A stretch of 64,000 bases of DNA, taken from assembly GCA_030704615.1 (NCBI GenBank), contig CM060731.1:78802001-78866000 (forward strand), given 5' to 3'. The DNA comes from Takakia lepidozioides. Taxonomy: Eukaryota > Plantae > Bryophyta. Both the position numbers and the translations under genes were made by a program. This document shows, in pieces, positions 50,366 through 62,200 of the stretch. Each line of letters opens with the position of its first letter. The stretch's first letter is position 1. The notes under the pieces were generated by a model that ran no database searches, was not told the DNA's origin, and saw nothing but the letters and a program-made list of their open reading frames with translations.

Positions 50366-51234
50366 GAAATGCCGAATCCCACACCCACGCTGCTTATGTC
50401 AGCTTTCATTCAGGAAATGACTGTCACTGTTTCCATGAGCATGCATTCCATCGCAATTTCTTGAGCTTCTATTCTGTACACTTTCCAACTTCAAGCCCCA
50501 AGGACAGGAGCTGAGTTGTTATCTTGAGTAAAGGTTGAATTGAAAAAAAGGCTTCCAGGTCTCCTTTGAACTGACCTACCCAATGCTCTAGGAAAGACAC
50601 GGGTTTGCAGATGTATGGATCTTAAAATCACTGGAGAAAGGAAATGGAGAAGAACTTGTGCAAAGGCCCGGGGAAAAGGAGACAAGAGAAATGTCCAGAA
50701 AGGAAGATGGAAAATATGGAAAGAGACTTTATTATCTTGTAATTGATATCATAGAAGATACATCAAACTCTCCGAGTACCCCGAGAAAGGAGTAGGCAAA
50801 AGTTTATTCAATTTTCAACTGAAACTTGACGAGATGACGTATGTTAGGAACAATGAAATCAAATGGTAACAAGTTCTCTTCAATCTGGTTCCTACTTCTT
50901 CCTTGTTTATCGGTACATCACACACAGGGATGGCAGCGTCCTCTGCTGCTCTCCTCAGCGCTCGAGCAGGCATACCCAAGGCCCTGTCTTCTGGAGAAGG
51001 GGGAGGACGCCCTATATCATGCAGCAGAATAGTGGAAAAGAAATGGGCATCAACTTCGTCAATTCCTGGGCAGGCGGCCTTTCAAGTGATGGCTATCACT
51101 CCTCCGCTGCCTGCAGAGAGAGGTAAGAGCGATGGAAGTCTATTTCGCAAATGGCATGTTCTTGTGCACAGCCAACGACAATCCTGTTGGAGTAAAGGCT
51201 GGGCTGTGATTGTAATATCAGTGATAGGAGAGGG

Positions 51235-52300
51235 GGAGAGAGAGAGAGAGAATGTACTCGTAAGACGTTGTCTTGTGGCCATACCCAGTGCCCAGTTTGG
51301 GAGGAACAAGAAGGAACAGACACTACCTTTGTGAGGGGCTCACTGCGGTAGTGGGACTTACCTTGATATAAACGTTTTGTTCGTGCTTTCCAGATTTCCT
51401 GTAGAAAGCCCTTCACCTAGCATCTATCTGCTCCGTGATCTGCCCAGCAGTTAGACCTCAACAGGGCCAGGAGTCAGCTCCGAGATTTTGAACAGAGGTG
51501 CGGAGACTATGGTCCTGAAGAGGGTCGGTCTCGGATGAGAATACCCGTATCAGAAAATGGATATTGTCTTCAGGCCGCTCGCACATCTAGCATTGACAAT
51601 GTCCCTTTCCTCTCTGCATCTGTGTATTGTTCAAAGGTAGACTCCCCGCTGAGTTCAATTTCAACCTAGTGCCGAGGGTAGGTAGGCCCTTCACGACATC
51701 CTTAAGGTCCTCACCAGGGGAACAGATTCAGGAAGGTTTTATGCCTAACTTCGTTTTGTACGGACATTCTTGGTGCTTCCCACATGACCTTAGACGCAGG
51801 CACCAACTCAGCTTCATCTATTCTTCCTGCCTAGTATTCAAATACCTGAGAATCTCCTCTAGGACTTTAGTCTGTTTGACAGGACAGTCTTGCTTCGTCG
51901 ATTATCTCCAGATGTTTGGCATGCTATTCAACTGACCCCACCATCTGAATTTGAACTCAGCACCTTGAGAGCTCGGGGGGGGGGGGGGGGGGTGGGTTAC
52001 CCTGGACAGCCACATTAGATGTTTTAGCTCCGAAAGCTGAATGGAGTGAAACCATCACCGTACATTTACTAACATTGCTTGTAGCCTCCTTAGGTCAAAA
52101 TAGCTCTTTGCATAATTAATGAACTCCTGAAGATTGGAAGTATCCCCTCCGCAAAACATAAGGGCTGGTATGATGGTATCACCCACCTTCACATTTTCAA
52201 TCAGTTGATTAATGAAAACATTGAAGGTGGGGCAGGGAGAGAGAGAGAGAGAATGTACTCATAAGACTTTGTTTGCTGTAGCCTTGTGCCTATAGACCCA
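51235..52300 (-). mobile_element. LINE family A degenerate copy plus a separate 3' tail
   Basis: 'gagagagagaatgtactc(g/a)taagac' at ~51243 and ~52243. Internal matches to 46350-47640 (aaacataagggctggtatgatggtatcacccacc; gttgattaatgaaaacattgaa). Confidence 0.75.
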
Positions 52301-53180
52301 GAGAGATCAACTTATGAAGCCTACACTAACATTCTCCGGAAGACCGTTTAGGACCTGTTCAAAATTTGGTGTAAGCACTGGCACTCCTCACTGAAGAACG
52401 AGGCTTTACCACCTGGGGAATTTCTGACTTGCAGTTTACAGGTCCAGCAATGAGTGTACAGGAGCGCCAGCATGGTTCTTCTCAGATCCTTCACAGCGGT
52501 GGGACAACATGTTGGACAAGGTGTGGCTATCTTCATACGATGTGAATTGGCCAAATAAGGCTTGAACTGGAGCTGGAAGGATGATGTTAATGGACTGGAT
52601 GGTGTTTGCAGTTCTTAGATTATGACCAAACAGGGAAAGTTTTCTTAAATGTGTTAGTATGCTTTTCTTCCTTTCTAGCAGGGTGTGGAAGTATGCAGTT
52701 CAAGGTTGTTCTTCCTTGTTAGCAGGGCATAAAGTTCATTGTTCAAGGTTCTTTCCTTTGGTGGTGGTCTGCAAGGCTGTGGTTGAAGCTACATGGCATC
52801 AGCTGCCCACTGGCAGTGCTCACAGGGAAGTTCAAGATCACGTGATTTCAGACAAATGCACAAAGGGGACCTTGCGACTGAGGGTTGGTCAAACGTTGTG
52901 GGGGTGAAAGCAGAGATAGCTTCCATCATGTAAGTTGGAGCAGTGATGTTTCTAATGTCAATGTACCCTACAGAGCCCTAGGGGGCAAGAGTACAACAGG
53001 TATTGACTGAAGGGTTTCAATCTGCAACAGATAAAACAGATACAGTTTATTCTGGAAGTGGATGATTGCATTAGTTTTGTTGCTGTGCTGGTGTGTTGTG
53101 AGGAGACTGTCTGCATGAGAAGATTATTCTTTCAAGTACCTTGGAGCTTTAAGGATTTGTCACTAAGTTACTCATGCAGG

Positions 53181-55424
53181 ATGGCGGGGTTGAATCAGGC
53201 ACAACTGGTTGTTGGACATCTGTCTGCCAATAGGGGTAGCACCACCACAGCCACCACTAGTTTTGAAAGACGACCAAGAGAGGGAGTCAACAAGAACTCC
53301 TCTGCTAACTCTGGAAATGTTATGACGCTATGTAAGGCAGGACAACTGAAAGAGGCCCTGCAGGTTTTGAATCAACGGGGTTGTCAGGCAGACTGCAATA
53401 CTTACGTGTGTGTTCTGCAGGAGTGCATCAAGATGAGGGGTCTAGCAGAGGGAAAACAGGTGCATGCCCACATCATCCAAAATGGATTGAAGCCCAACAT
53501 CCTTCTTTTCAACACCCTTGTCAACATGTACGCCAAGTGTGGGAGTGTGATGGATGCACGCCAAGTGTTTGACAAAATGCCCGAACGAGATATGTATACA
53601 TGGAGTACGGTGATAGCAGGATGTGCCAAGAATGGATGTAGTAATGATGCTGTCGAGATCTATGAGCAAATGGAGCAGGAAGGGGTGAGGCCTGACATGG
53701 TGACATTCACTTGTGTTCTCAATGCGTGTGCTCGCCTAGGAGCCTTGGAAAAGGGTAAAGAGGTCCATGCAGACATCATCAAAGCTGGAGTGCAGCCAGA
53801 TATCATTCTTGAGACTGCTCTTGCTGACATGTATGCCAAATGTGGAAGCCTGAAGGATGCACGTCAAGTATTCAACAGTATGGTTGGACGAAATGTGGCC
53901 TCATGGAATGCAATGATTGGAGGATATAGCCAGCATGGGTGTGGCAGGGAGGCTTTCAATATCTATGAGCAAATGAGACAGGAAGGGGTGATGCCCAACA
54001 GGGTCACATTCATTTGCGTTCTCAATGCGTGTGCCAGTCTAGGAGCCCTAGAAAAAGGCCGAGAGATCCATGCTGACATCATCAAAGCTGGACTGCTGTC
54101 AGATAACATGCTGGAGAATAGCCTTGTCGACATGTATGCCAAATGTGGAAGCCTGAAGGATGCGCATGAAGTTTTTGACAACATGGCTCAACGAGATGTG
54201 GTCTCATGGAATTCAATAATCACAGGATATGCCCAACACGGTCGTGATAGGGAGGCTTTCCAGACCTATGAGCAAATGCAACGGGATGGGGTCATGCCCA
54301 ACAGGGTCACATTCATTTGTGTTCTCAATGCATGTGCCAGTTTAGGCGCTCTGGAGAAGGGCAAAGAGGTTCATGCTGACATCCTCAAAGCTGGAATTGT
54401 GTCATATATTACTTTGGAGACGGCCCTCGCTGAAATGTATGCCAAATGCGGGAGCATGAGGGATGCCCAACAAGTGTTTGACAACATGGCTAAACGAGAT
54501 GTAGTTGCATGGAGTGCAATGCTCACAGGGTATGCTCAGCATGGGCACGGTAGGGAGGCCCTCCAACTGTTTGAAGAAATGCAACAGGAAGGCTTGAAGC
54601 CAGACGGTATCACCTTCATATCTCTTCTCTCTGCGTGTAGCCATGCAGGGCTCGTGGATGAAGGCCATCACTATTTTGAGTCCATGAGTCAGGAATATGG
54701 CTTCACTCCAACAGTGGAGCATTTTGGTTGCATGGTGGACCTTCTTGGCCGTGCAGGCAGATTGAGTGAGGCAGAACACTTCATTCAGAAAATGCCGATG
54801 GGACCGAATGGTTTGGTGTGGGGGCCCTTGCTTGGTGCCTGCCGAATTCATGGGGATGTGGAGCTAGCAGAAAATGTGGCAAAATGTCTTCTCAAGTTGG
54901 ATCCACATCACGCTGGAACTTATGTGCTGCTATCGAACATCTATGCAGCTGCTGGCAGGTGGGACGATGCAGTGAAGGTGAGAAAAATGATGGACGAGAG
55001 GGGTATCAGGAAGGAGCCAGGGTGCAGCTGGATTGAGGTCAACAACCGGGTGCATACATTCATTGTCGAAGACAAATCGCATCCAAGAATTGAGGAAATC
55101 CATGCTCAACTTGAAAAATTGTCCGGGCAGATGAAGGAGTCGGGGTATGTGCCCGACAAGCGGTTTGTGTTGCATGATGTGGAGGAGGAGCAAAAGGTAC
55201 ATTCTCTTGGCCACCACAGTGAGAAGCTGGCCATTGCTTTTGGGCTCATCAGCACACCCACTGGGTCGCCCATCTGCATTATCAAGAACCTTCGTGTGTG
55301 TGGTGACTGCCACACTGCCACCAAGTTCATCTCTCAGATTGTCGGGCGAGAAGTTTTTGTGCGAGATGCAAGCCGCTTTCACCACTTCCATGATGGGGTT
55401 TGTTCTTGTGGGGATTACTGGTGA
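53181..55424 (+). CDS. PLS-class PPR protein with E1/E2 and DYW deaminase domain (organellar C-to-U RNA editing factor)
   Basis: Repeated P-L-S triplets, P2L2S2, PG box 'PGCSWIEVNNRVHTF', 'HSEKLA', 'CGDCH', C-terminal 'CSCGDYW'. An upstream exon ending at 51122 may extend the N-terminus. Confidence 0.96.
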   Translation: MAGLNQAQLVVGHLSANRGSTTTATTSFERRPREGVNKNSSANSGNVMTLCKAGQLKEALQVLNQRGCQADCNTYVCVLQECIKMRGLAEGKQVHAHIIQNGLKPNILLFNTLVNMYAKCGSVMDARQVFDKMPERDMYTWSTVIAGCAKNGCSNDAVEIYEQMEQEGVRPDMVTFTCVLNACARLGALEKGKEVHADIIKAGVQPDIILETALADMYAKCGSLKDARQVFNSMVGRNVASWNAMIGGYSQHGCGREAFNIYEQMRQEGVMPNRVTFICVLNACASLGALEKGREIHADIIKAGLLSDNMLENSLVDMYAKCGSLKDAHEVFDNMAQRDVVSWNSIITGYAQHGRDREAFQTYEQMQRDGVMPNRVTFICVLNACASLGALEKGKEVHADILKAGIVSYITLETALAEMYAKCGSMRDAQQVFDNMAKRDVVAWSAMLTGYAQHGHGREALQLFEEMQQEGLKPDGITFISLLSACSHAGLVDEGHHYFESMSQEYGFTPTVEHFGCMVDLLGRAGRLSEAEHFIQKMPMGPNGLVWGPLLGACRIHGDVELAENVAKCLLKLDPHHAGTYVLLSNIYAAAGRWDDAVKVRKMMDERGIRKEPGCSWIEVNNRVHTFIVEDKSHPRIEEIHAQLEKLSGQMKESGYVPDKRFVLHDVEEEQKVHSLGHHSEKLAIAFGLISTPTGSPICIIKNLRVCGDCHTATKFISQIVGREVFVRDASRFHHFHDGVCSCGDYW

Positions 55425-55636
55425 AAATAAGATGCATGGATGAAAGTGTTTCACTTCAAAATTGAGGGTGGAAAAGTGATTGCTTAAAGCAAATAGTACT
55501 GCCCTCTCAGTTATTAGACTGTCTTTGAGTGCCAGTCAGTACTGCTCTTTTAGTAAGCTGTCCAGTCACAATTAAATTAGCATGATCATCATTATTGGAA
55601 GACAGCTTGTATGTAACATTAGCGTTGTTGACAATC

Positions 55637-55875
55637 TATGGAAGTTGGAAGTTGTGCCCAAAAAGGCTGAAGAAAGTGCATCCCAAAAAATTTCAGCTAC
55701 TTCCAGTACCTGTGCTGTCTTCCTGCATACTTAAGATTCCGGTTGTCTAAGAAAATCTTAAGCTTATGGAAGTTGGAAGTTGTGCACCCAAAAAGGCAGA
55801 ACAAAGGGCATCCCAAAAAGATTTCAGCTACTTTCAGGCACATTTGCTGCCTGCCTACATGGTTTGGATTCCAGT
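55637..55875. repeat. Tandem duplication, 2 x ~125 bp, downstream of the PPR gene
   Basis: 'tatggaagttggaagttgtgc...gcatcccaaaaa..tttcagctact' at ~55637 and ~55765. Confidence 0.85.
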
Positions 55876-56418
55876 TGTCTTTGCCAAAAGCCTGTCCAAA
55901 TGGCTATCGAGATGCCCCAATGCCACTCCAAGGTGCGCCAGCTCTAAATGCGGAAATTCAAAACTTCCATTACAAAAGCTTCCACAGACCTCTCACGTTC
56001 GCACAACAGACCGTCAAGCAGTAGTAGGTAGGGTAAATTGGCTCTAGCATACCTATGTTCGGTAGTAAACCTTAGCATACGAAGTTGGGTGCAAGTGCCC
56101 ATGACAAGTATCAATACCAAATGCTCGACAATTTTACTATCATCTACGACCCTCGACAAATCAACCACTAGTGGTTGTAGATGATTTGTCCAGGGTTGAT
56201 TTTGTGGGCAAACGGTATGCGTTGGAATACCAAATGCCCATGTCTTCATCCCACTTGTTCAGCAAATATTCTCTAATAGATTCTTAGATCCTTCAAATTT
56301 ATGCTTAGATGCTTTCATCTTTGATTTGTCGAGCATTTGGTACACGAAGAATACTGTATGACCACAAATCAACTTAGTTGTTCACACCACTGATGACAAC
56401 ATGGGCGTCAACAGCGTA

Positions 56419-56575
56419 GGTGGCGCCAACAAGGTTAGTGGCGCCATTAAGGTTCGTGGTGCCAACAAGGTTGGTGGCGCCACTAAGGCACGGGGCGCCA
56501 ACAAGGTTGGTGGCGCCACTAAGGGAGGTGGCACCAACAAGGTTAGTGGCGCCACTAAGGGAGGCGGCGCCAGGT
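56419..56575. repeat. 18-bp GGCGCC-core minisatellite (~8 units), possibly CACTA-type subterminal repeats
   Basis: Alternating 'ggtggcgccaacaaggtt' and 'agtggcgccactaaggga'. A CACTG lies ~30 bp upstream. Confidence 0.8.
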
Positions 56576-56719
56576 TGTTGGCACAACTTAGTTCAGATTG
56601 GCACAACCTAATTTCTGATAAATACATATATATACGTATACATATACGTAGAGGGTTTAGGGTCATTTGCATAATTCAAATATGATGAGACCTTGTCTTT
56701 GAGATTTGATGATATTGAA

Positions 56720-58015
56720 AGAACAACTAGATCTAATATGTGGACCTATAATCTATAGTGTTCTAGTTTATTTGTATTACTTAGAATTTTTATATTATGA
56801 GATATGCAATAAAATATTGTGAATTAAAAAATCAAAAAGGGGTAGAGATTGAATTAAAATATATCCTATAACAGCCTTATTAAATGCACATGAAATATCA
56901 CAATTCAGTGTTCACTCTTACATGTGTTTTTTATTATTATATTGGTCATTTATATGTACAGAGTCTCATAAGTAGAATATTTTCATTGTCCTGCAATAAG
57001 TTATTTTTAATTAAAAATACAAGGATGTGTGAGACCGGATTATAAATTATTACAAATTTATTTTAAAATGCAGATAAGATTTAATAATTTAATATTCACT
57101 CGTACATGCATTTGCTATTATTATATAGATCATTTATGTGTATCCCATGAATTCAAGAAGATTATGAGTAACCTATGCATAGGATGGATGCATAGGAATT
57201 GTGATAACGAACAATTGGATCTAATAACATGTGTGCACATATACTCTATAGTTTTCTAGTTTGTTCGTAATACTTGGAATTTTTGTATTGACAGATATGC
57301 AATGAAATATTTTTAACTAAACAAAATTACAAATATGTGACAGATCCAATTAAAATCTATTCTATAACAGCCTTCTTAGATGCATATAAAATATCACAAT
57401 ACCCTGTTCATTCTTATTTTAAAATTTTAAAATTATTTTAAAATACAGATAAGATTTCATAATTTAATATTCACTCGTACATGCACTTGCTATTATTATA
57501 TAGATCATTTATGTGTATCCCATGAATTCAAGAATATTATGAGTAACCTATGCATAGGATGGATGCATAGGAATTGTGATAAAGAACATTTGGATCTAAT
57601 AACATGTGTGGACGTATACTCTATAGTTTTCTAGTTTGTTCGTAATACTTGGAATTTTTGTATTGACAGATATGCAATGAAATATTTTGTATTAAAAATA
57701 ATTACAAATATGTGACAGATCGAATTAAAATCTATCCAATAACAGCCTTTTTAAATGCATATAAAATATCACAATTCCCTGTTCATTCTTACATGTACCT
57801 TTTATTATTATATTGATCATTTATGTGTACAAAAAATTTCATTGTCGTGCAATAAGTTGTTTTAAATTAAAAATCACATGGATTTGGGAGATCAAATTGA
57901 AAAAATGAATAACAAATATCATTTTAATATGCAGATTAGATTTTATAATTCAATATTCAATCTAACATGCACCTCCTATTATTATATAGATCATTTATGT
58001 GTATCGCATGAACTA
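56720..58015. repeat. AT-rich tandem repeat, ~490-bp unit, ~2.7 copies (one internally shortened)
   Basis: 'tttaa(a/t)at(g/a)cagat...tattattatatagatcatttatgtgtatc' at ~57061, 57436 and 57921. 'gatctaat..tgtg...ctatagt..tctagtt' at ~56730, 57220 and 57594. Confidence 0.9.
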
Positions 58016-58149
58016 AGTGACCTATACAACTGAGTGTTCTGAGTGTTCTGAGTGACCTATACATAGGCTGCACGATTTAGAGATGATATATAGATATATA
58101 GTCAATGCATTTCTGTACTTAAATACTTATAAATGTTTGAACTATTGTT

Positions 58150-58625
58150 AACGGGGAGGCCCTGGACTATGAGGATGTCCGGGCATAGTTTAGCGAGGCA
58201 TGTGCAGGACCCGCAAGGTTGACAAATACATGGAACGAGCCAAGTACGTACTGTATGGTCTGGAGGCCGACCCTGGTAGGTGCCAGCGTTGATGAGTGTA
58301 AACCATCTGGTTGCACTACATTGTAAGAGAAGTTTGTGGATGTGCCATACGGCATGATTATGACGAGCGATTCGCAACCCATGGATGACAAGGTGGGGAC
58401 ATTCGCTGAGAATACGAGGCTAGGTATCACGTTTAGCATGAAGGTGTGAGCAGAGTGGGCAGTGTGGGGATGGGAATAGGGTTGGCCAGAACGTGTGTTT
58501 GCGTTGATGGCCCATATATTGGGCGTATCTAAATTTGAGTGTTTGCCTTATTTGTGCATCTGAGGCGGCTTTGGAGTTCCAGAAGTGGTTTGATAATTTA
58601 TGGTGTAGGACATTGGAAGGGGTTC
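58150..58625 (-). mobile_element. Non-LTR retrotransposon fragment with CCHC knuckle and restriction-like endonuclease (RLE) start
   Basis: Manual translation: 'SNHFWNSKAASDAQIRQTLKFRYAQYMG...CPLC...DT*PRILSEC...IHGLRIARHNHAVW...CPDILIV'. Confidence 0.7.
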
Positions 58626-59189
58626 ATTTTTTTATATGAAGCTTGGTATGGCTGAGAGAGGTTGAGGCTTGTTTTTTGGCTTCTTTAGTGAGGGTTTTAA
58701 GGAGGTTGCGGATTGGACGAGGCGATGGAGGGTCAGGTACTGGGTAGATCATCCAAAAATGGTGTGCATGACCGTCGTGAATGGGGTCGACCGGTGGTTC
58801 AACTTAGGGTTTGGAGGCCCCAGCTGGGCTAAGAGGGGCACTCATGTATTAGCATGTCATCTGTCTCTCTTACCTTTGGGCTTCGGCTCTACCCCTATAA
58901 TGCCTCCATGGCGAAGAAAGGGGTTTTTTTTTCCCACCTCAAGGGCCAATTGCTTGGGCTGGTGTTTGTTTTGAAACCTTAAAATGAGTAGTTCTAACTT
59001 GAGCAGGTCAATTACCCAAATCAACTATCTCTATCACCGTGACCAGCAGTTGTAACTCCCTACTCACTTCATTAGGGAGCAACAGAGGGTGCAAGAGTTT
59101 TTATCAACTCACCCATGACATAGTTTCAGCATTCCAATAATAGATGATCCCAGACTTGAGCACGAAAAGAAATAGAGCGAGAAAGTCAC

Positions 59190-59670
59190 ATAACGAAATG
59201 AAATGAAATGAAACGAAATGAAATGGAACTTCGATCGACCACAGAAAGCTCAAACAGCTTGTGGGACAAAAGGAAAACAACAAACAATAAAGAGAATAAA
59301 AGACAGAGTGTGAAGCCAGAAGCAGCCCAAAAGCAACTACTACTCAAGGGATCGCCTGAGGGTCAAAGGTTCGTGCAAATAGGCTGGAAAACATTTCTGT
59401 GCTCAGAATGGAAGTAATCTGTGAGAGATTGAGTTTCACGGAACAGACAATGGAGTTTCTTAACAATCTCATAGGAAAGAGGGCAGTAAAGGAAGAAGTG
59501 TTCTTCACTTTTGATGCATCAGTTGGGCGCGGTGTCTTAGTAGCCATAGGCGGCCTTCCACTTACCTGTCTCTACTTGTAAATTGTGGGAGCCCACCCTG
59601 AATCGCCCCTATGCCCTCAGAAGAGAAGGAGATAAAGGTGTCAATACTAATTAGGCCGCATGATTCTATA
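59190..59670 (-). mobile_element. LINE family B 3' copy with (ATTTC)n tail
   Basis: Colinear with 15790-16250 ('gaagaagtgttcttca', 'ttgtgggagcccaccctgaa'), with a gaaatgaaatg tail. Confidence 0.85.
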
Positions 59671-59679
59671 GAAAAGCTT

Positions 59680-62200
59680 GTTCAATTTGAGTGAGTGTTC
59701 AAGGGACACAAGTGGAACAACATAGAACCAACGACATATCCACAGGGTTCAGAAGTCAGCTCTTCAGAGATATCGTAAATGTTAATCAGGAAGTCAGGTG
59801 ACTGTGTTTGGCATCTAAGCCCACCATACTCAAGCGCAGAAAAAGGAGACAATGGGCCATATGCTGTAAAATTCCCTTTCAAGATTGTGATCAAAGCTTC
59901 ATTTACTGCAGTGTTTCAGAATTTGTCATATGAAAAAGCTGAAATTGGGATAAAGTACAACTGCAAGAGACCAGCCAACAAGACATCAGACAAGGGAAAA
60001 AGTTCATCATATCCACTCCATGCCAAGACGACCCAAAAAAATTTCCAGACATTCCCCGATTCAAAACCCTTTGAAGTACTACATCTTCGACATAATCACA
60101 TCTATAAAATGGCCAAGAGATACAGCAAAGAGTCGTATTGCATTAGCATTGTGGTGGTAGACAAACACCTGGTTTAAGATGTGGAAGTGAGAGACATATT
60201 GTGGGAAACATAGAAGATTCTTATGACTCAGAGATTCCACCACTCGCTTTCTTTAACTGAAGCTGCAGCAAACTGAAAAAGAGGAAAGGAGTGAATCCAA
60301 CCTCCGAGATAGCATCTTGTAGTGGATTTGAACAGGGCAGATAAACTCGATCCCCCCCAGTTTGGGTCTCATCCCACACTGCACTAGCTGTGACTCTGGC
60401 TCTAGTAACTCCATTATGATGCGCACCCGGTCCCCACGATGCACAGCCAATGCTTTCAATATCTGAGCTGCATCCTCCACCTTTGGGTCCTGCAACATCT
60501 TCCAATATTCTGGCAGTGTCATCGTTCTCTAGGACTTTTTTAGACCCTCCATGGACCCTGCTTCAGGTCTGTTTGTTCTGCAGACCTTGACATGTAATGC
60601 AAAAAACTTGAGAATGTCTTAGTGACATTAACCAAAGGTCATGTGGCAAATCCATATCTGTTGATAAACAATACTTCATGGGATCCGCTCTGACAGATGA
60701 ATACCGGAACCCTAGTGAGCAGAGAATGTTTTTCAAGGAACACATGCAAGCATAGTACATCAGCTTCTTGGTTGGAAAGCAAGAAGAAGACCGTGGCTCG
60801 GGCTGCAGACACCCTCTCTACGTCTGATTGTCGCATTGGCATCCTTGTATAAACTTCACGAGCCCATGATAGAGTGAAACTACTCGTTTCACTTCAAACC
60901 TGCCAAATCACTCAAATACACTAGTCATGACTGGATCCCCAAGTTCAAGTTGGAGGCACTTGAGAGATTGTTGTGTGTTGATATCTCGCATTTTTTGTCT
61001 ACACATTGTTTAGTACCAGAGCACCACATTCAGGCAGACAACAATATTTTTCAACTACAAATGCAACAGTAATGTGCTCTAAAGAGTACATTTCACAAAG
61101 CATACATGTGCCAACTTACGAGGGGCTGAATGGTGCTAAGATGGCGATGCATAGCGGATACGATTCAAGGTCTGCAAATTGAAAACCCCGATCTGTCCCT
61201 CTTAGTCTTATTTATACGCGAAATCTCATTTGAAACTTTCTCTAGGCCACAGACCCAGCTTCCAGCTTCCACTGGGCATGATGAATATCTTGTTCTACAT
61301 GTAAGAAAAGTATGACATAATACAATCCAACTTTTCCAAAAGGCTCCAATGCACTTCCATTCAGTGTAAAGACTTGTTCCGTTTACTAGTTTGGAATAAT
61401 CAACATTCCCTACACACTCGTGGGTGAACATTAAAAAATGATTTCATTTTCTCTCCATGGTTTTCATAGAGTCTATGAAAACAACCATCAAGTCTGTACC
61501 AACACTAAACAAAACAACCAACCACCCATCAAGGCACCTGCATCTCGGAAAAACTGCAAGTAAATCCATAGATACCTTCACAATGACTAGGATTGTAGAA
61601 CTTTGCAAGATAGTCTCAGACAGTATTGAATGAGATGCTTCCAGCAACTATAAGATACCGTGAATCAAACAGCTTCCTTCCATTAAAGGAGCCTCCATAC
61701 GGCCTGCATGCATTGCCTTGAGCTTATTGTCATCATATTCCAAAGATGCCCCTACTCTACAATGTTACATCTCTCGGAAACCCATCTCCTCATTATTTGC
61801 CCTCAATTTCTCCTTCCATTTGTCTGCTTTGCCAGAAACAGATTGGAGAAAAACTTCCATGGATAACTACTACAAAATCCAACAATCAAAACAGACTCTC
61901 ATGCCAAACTAATGCAGACCATCTTTTATCATGCCATCCAACACGTCATCTTCCTTCATTCCTGCGTACCATCAGTGGTTTACTGCTTAACAGGTTATTA
62001 TCTAGTGAAGTCCCTTTTGTAGATGAAATTCTTCACACATCAGTACATGCAGTAGCCTTATGGCCATTGATCCCACAGGATACAATCCGTCCTAATTGTG
62101 TAAGATTTTTTCTATTAAATTGCCATAGTTGTGACTGCAATCTCCTATTGGTGAGGTTGGGATTCACTCTTCCTGCTCCAGAGCATAAGAGGTATATTTA
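59680..62200 (-). mobile_element. Probable highly degenerate L1-like LINE
   Basis: Only faint motifs remain: knuckle 'SCGINGHKATAC' (~62060), 'GFRYSS..DPMKY', 'WKMLQDPK/GPKGGG' and zf-RVT-like 'CGYVVGSMLFHLCP'. Many stop codons. Confidence 0.4.

Noticed and set aside
56419-56575. Short regular repeats resembling a CRISPR array
   Set aside because: Contiguous 18-bp units with no unique spacers, eukaryotic context and no cas genes.
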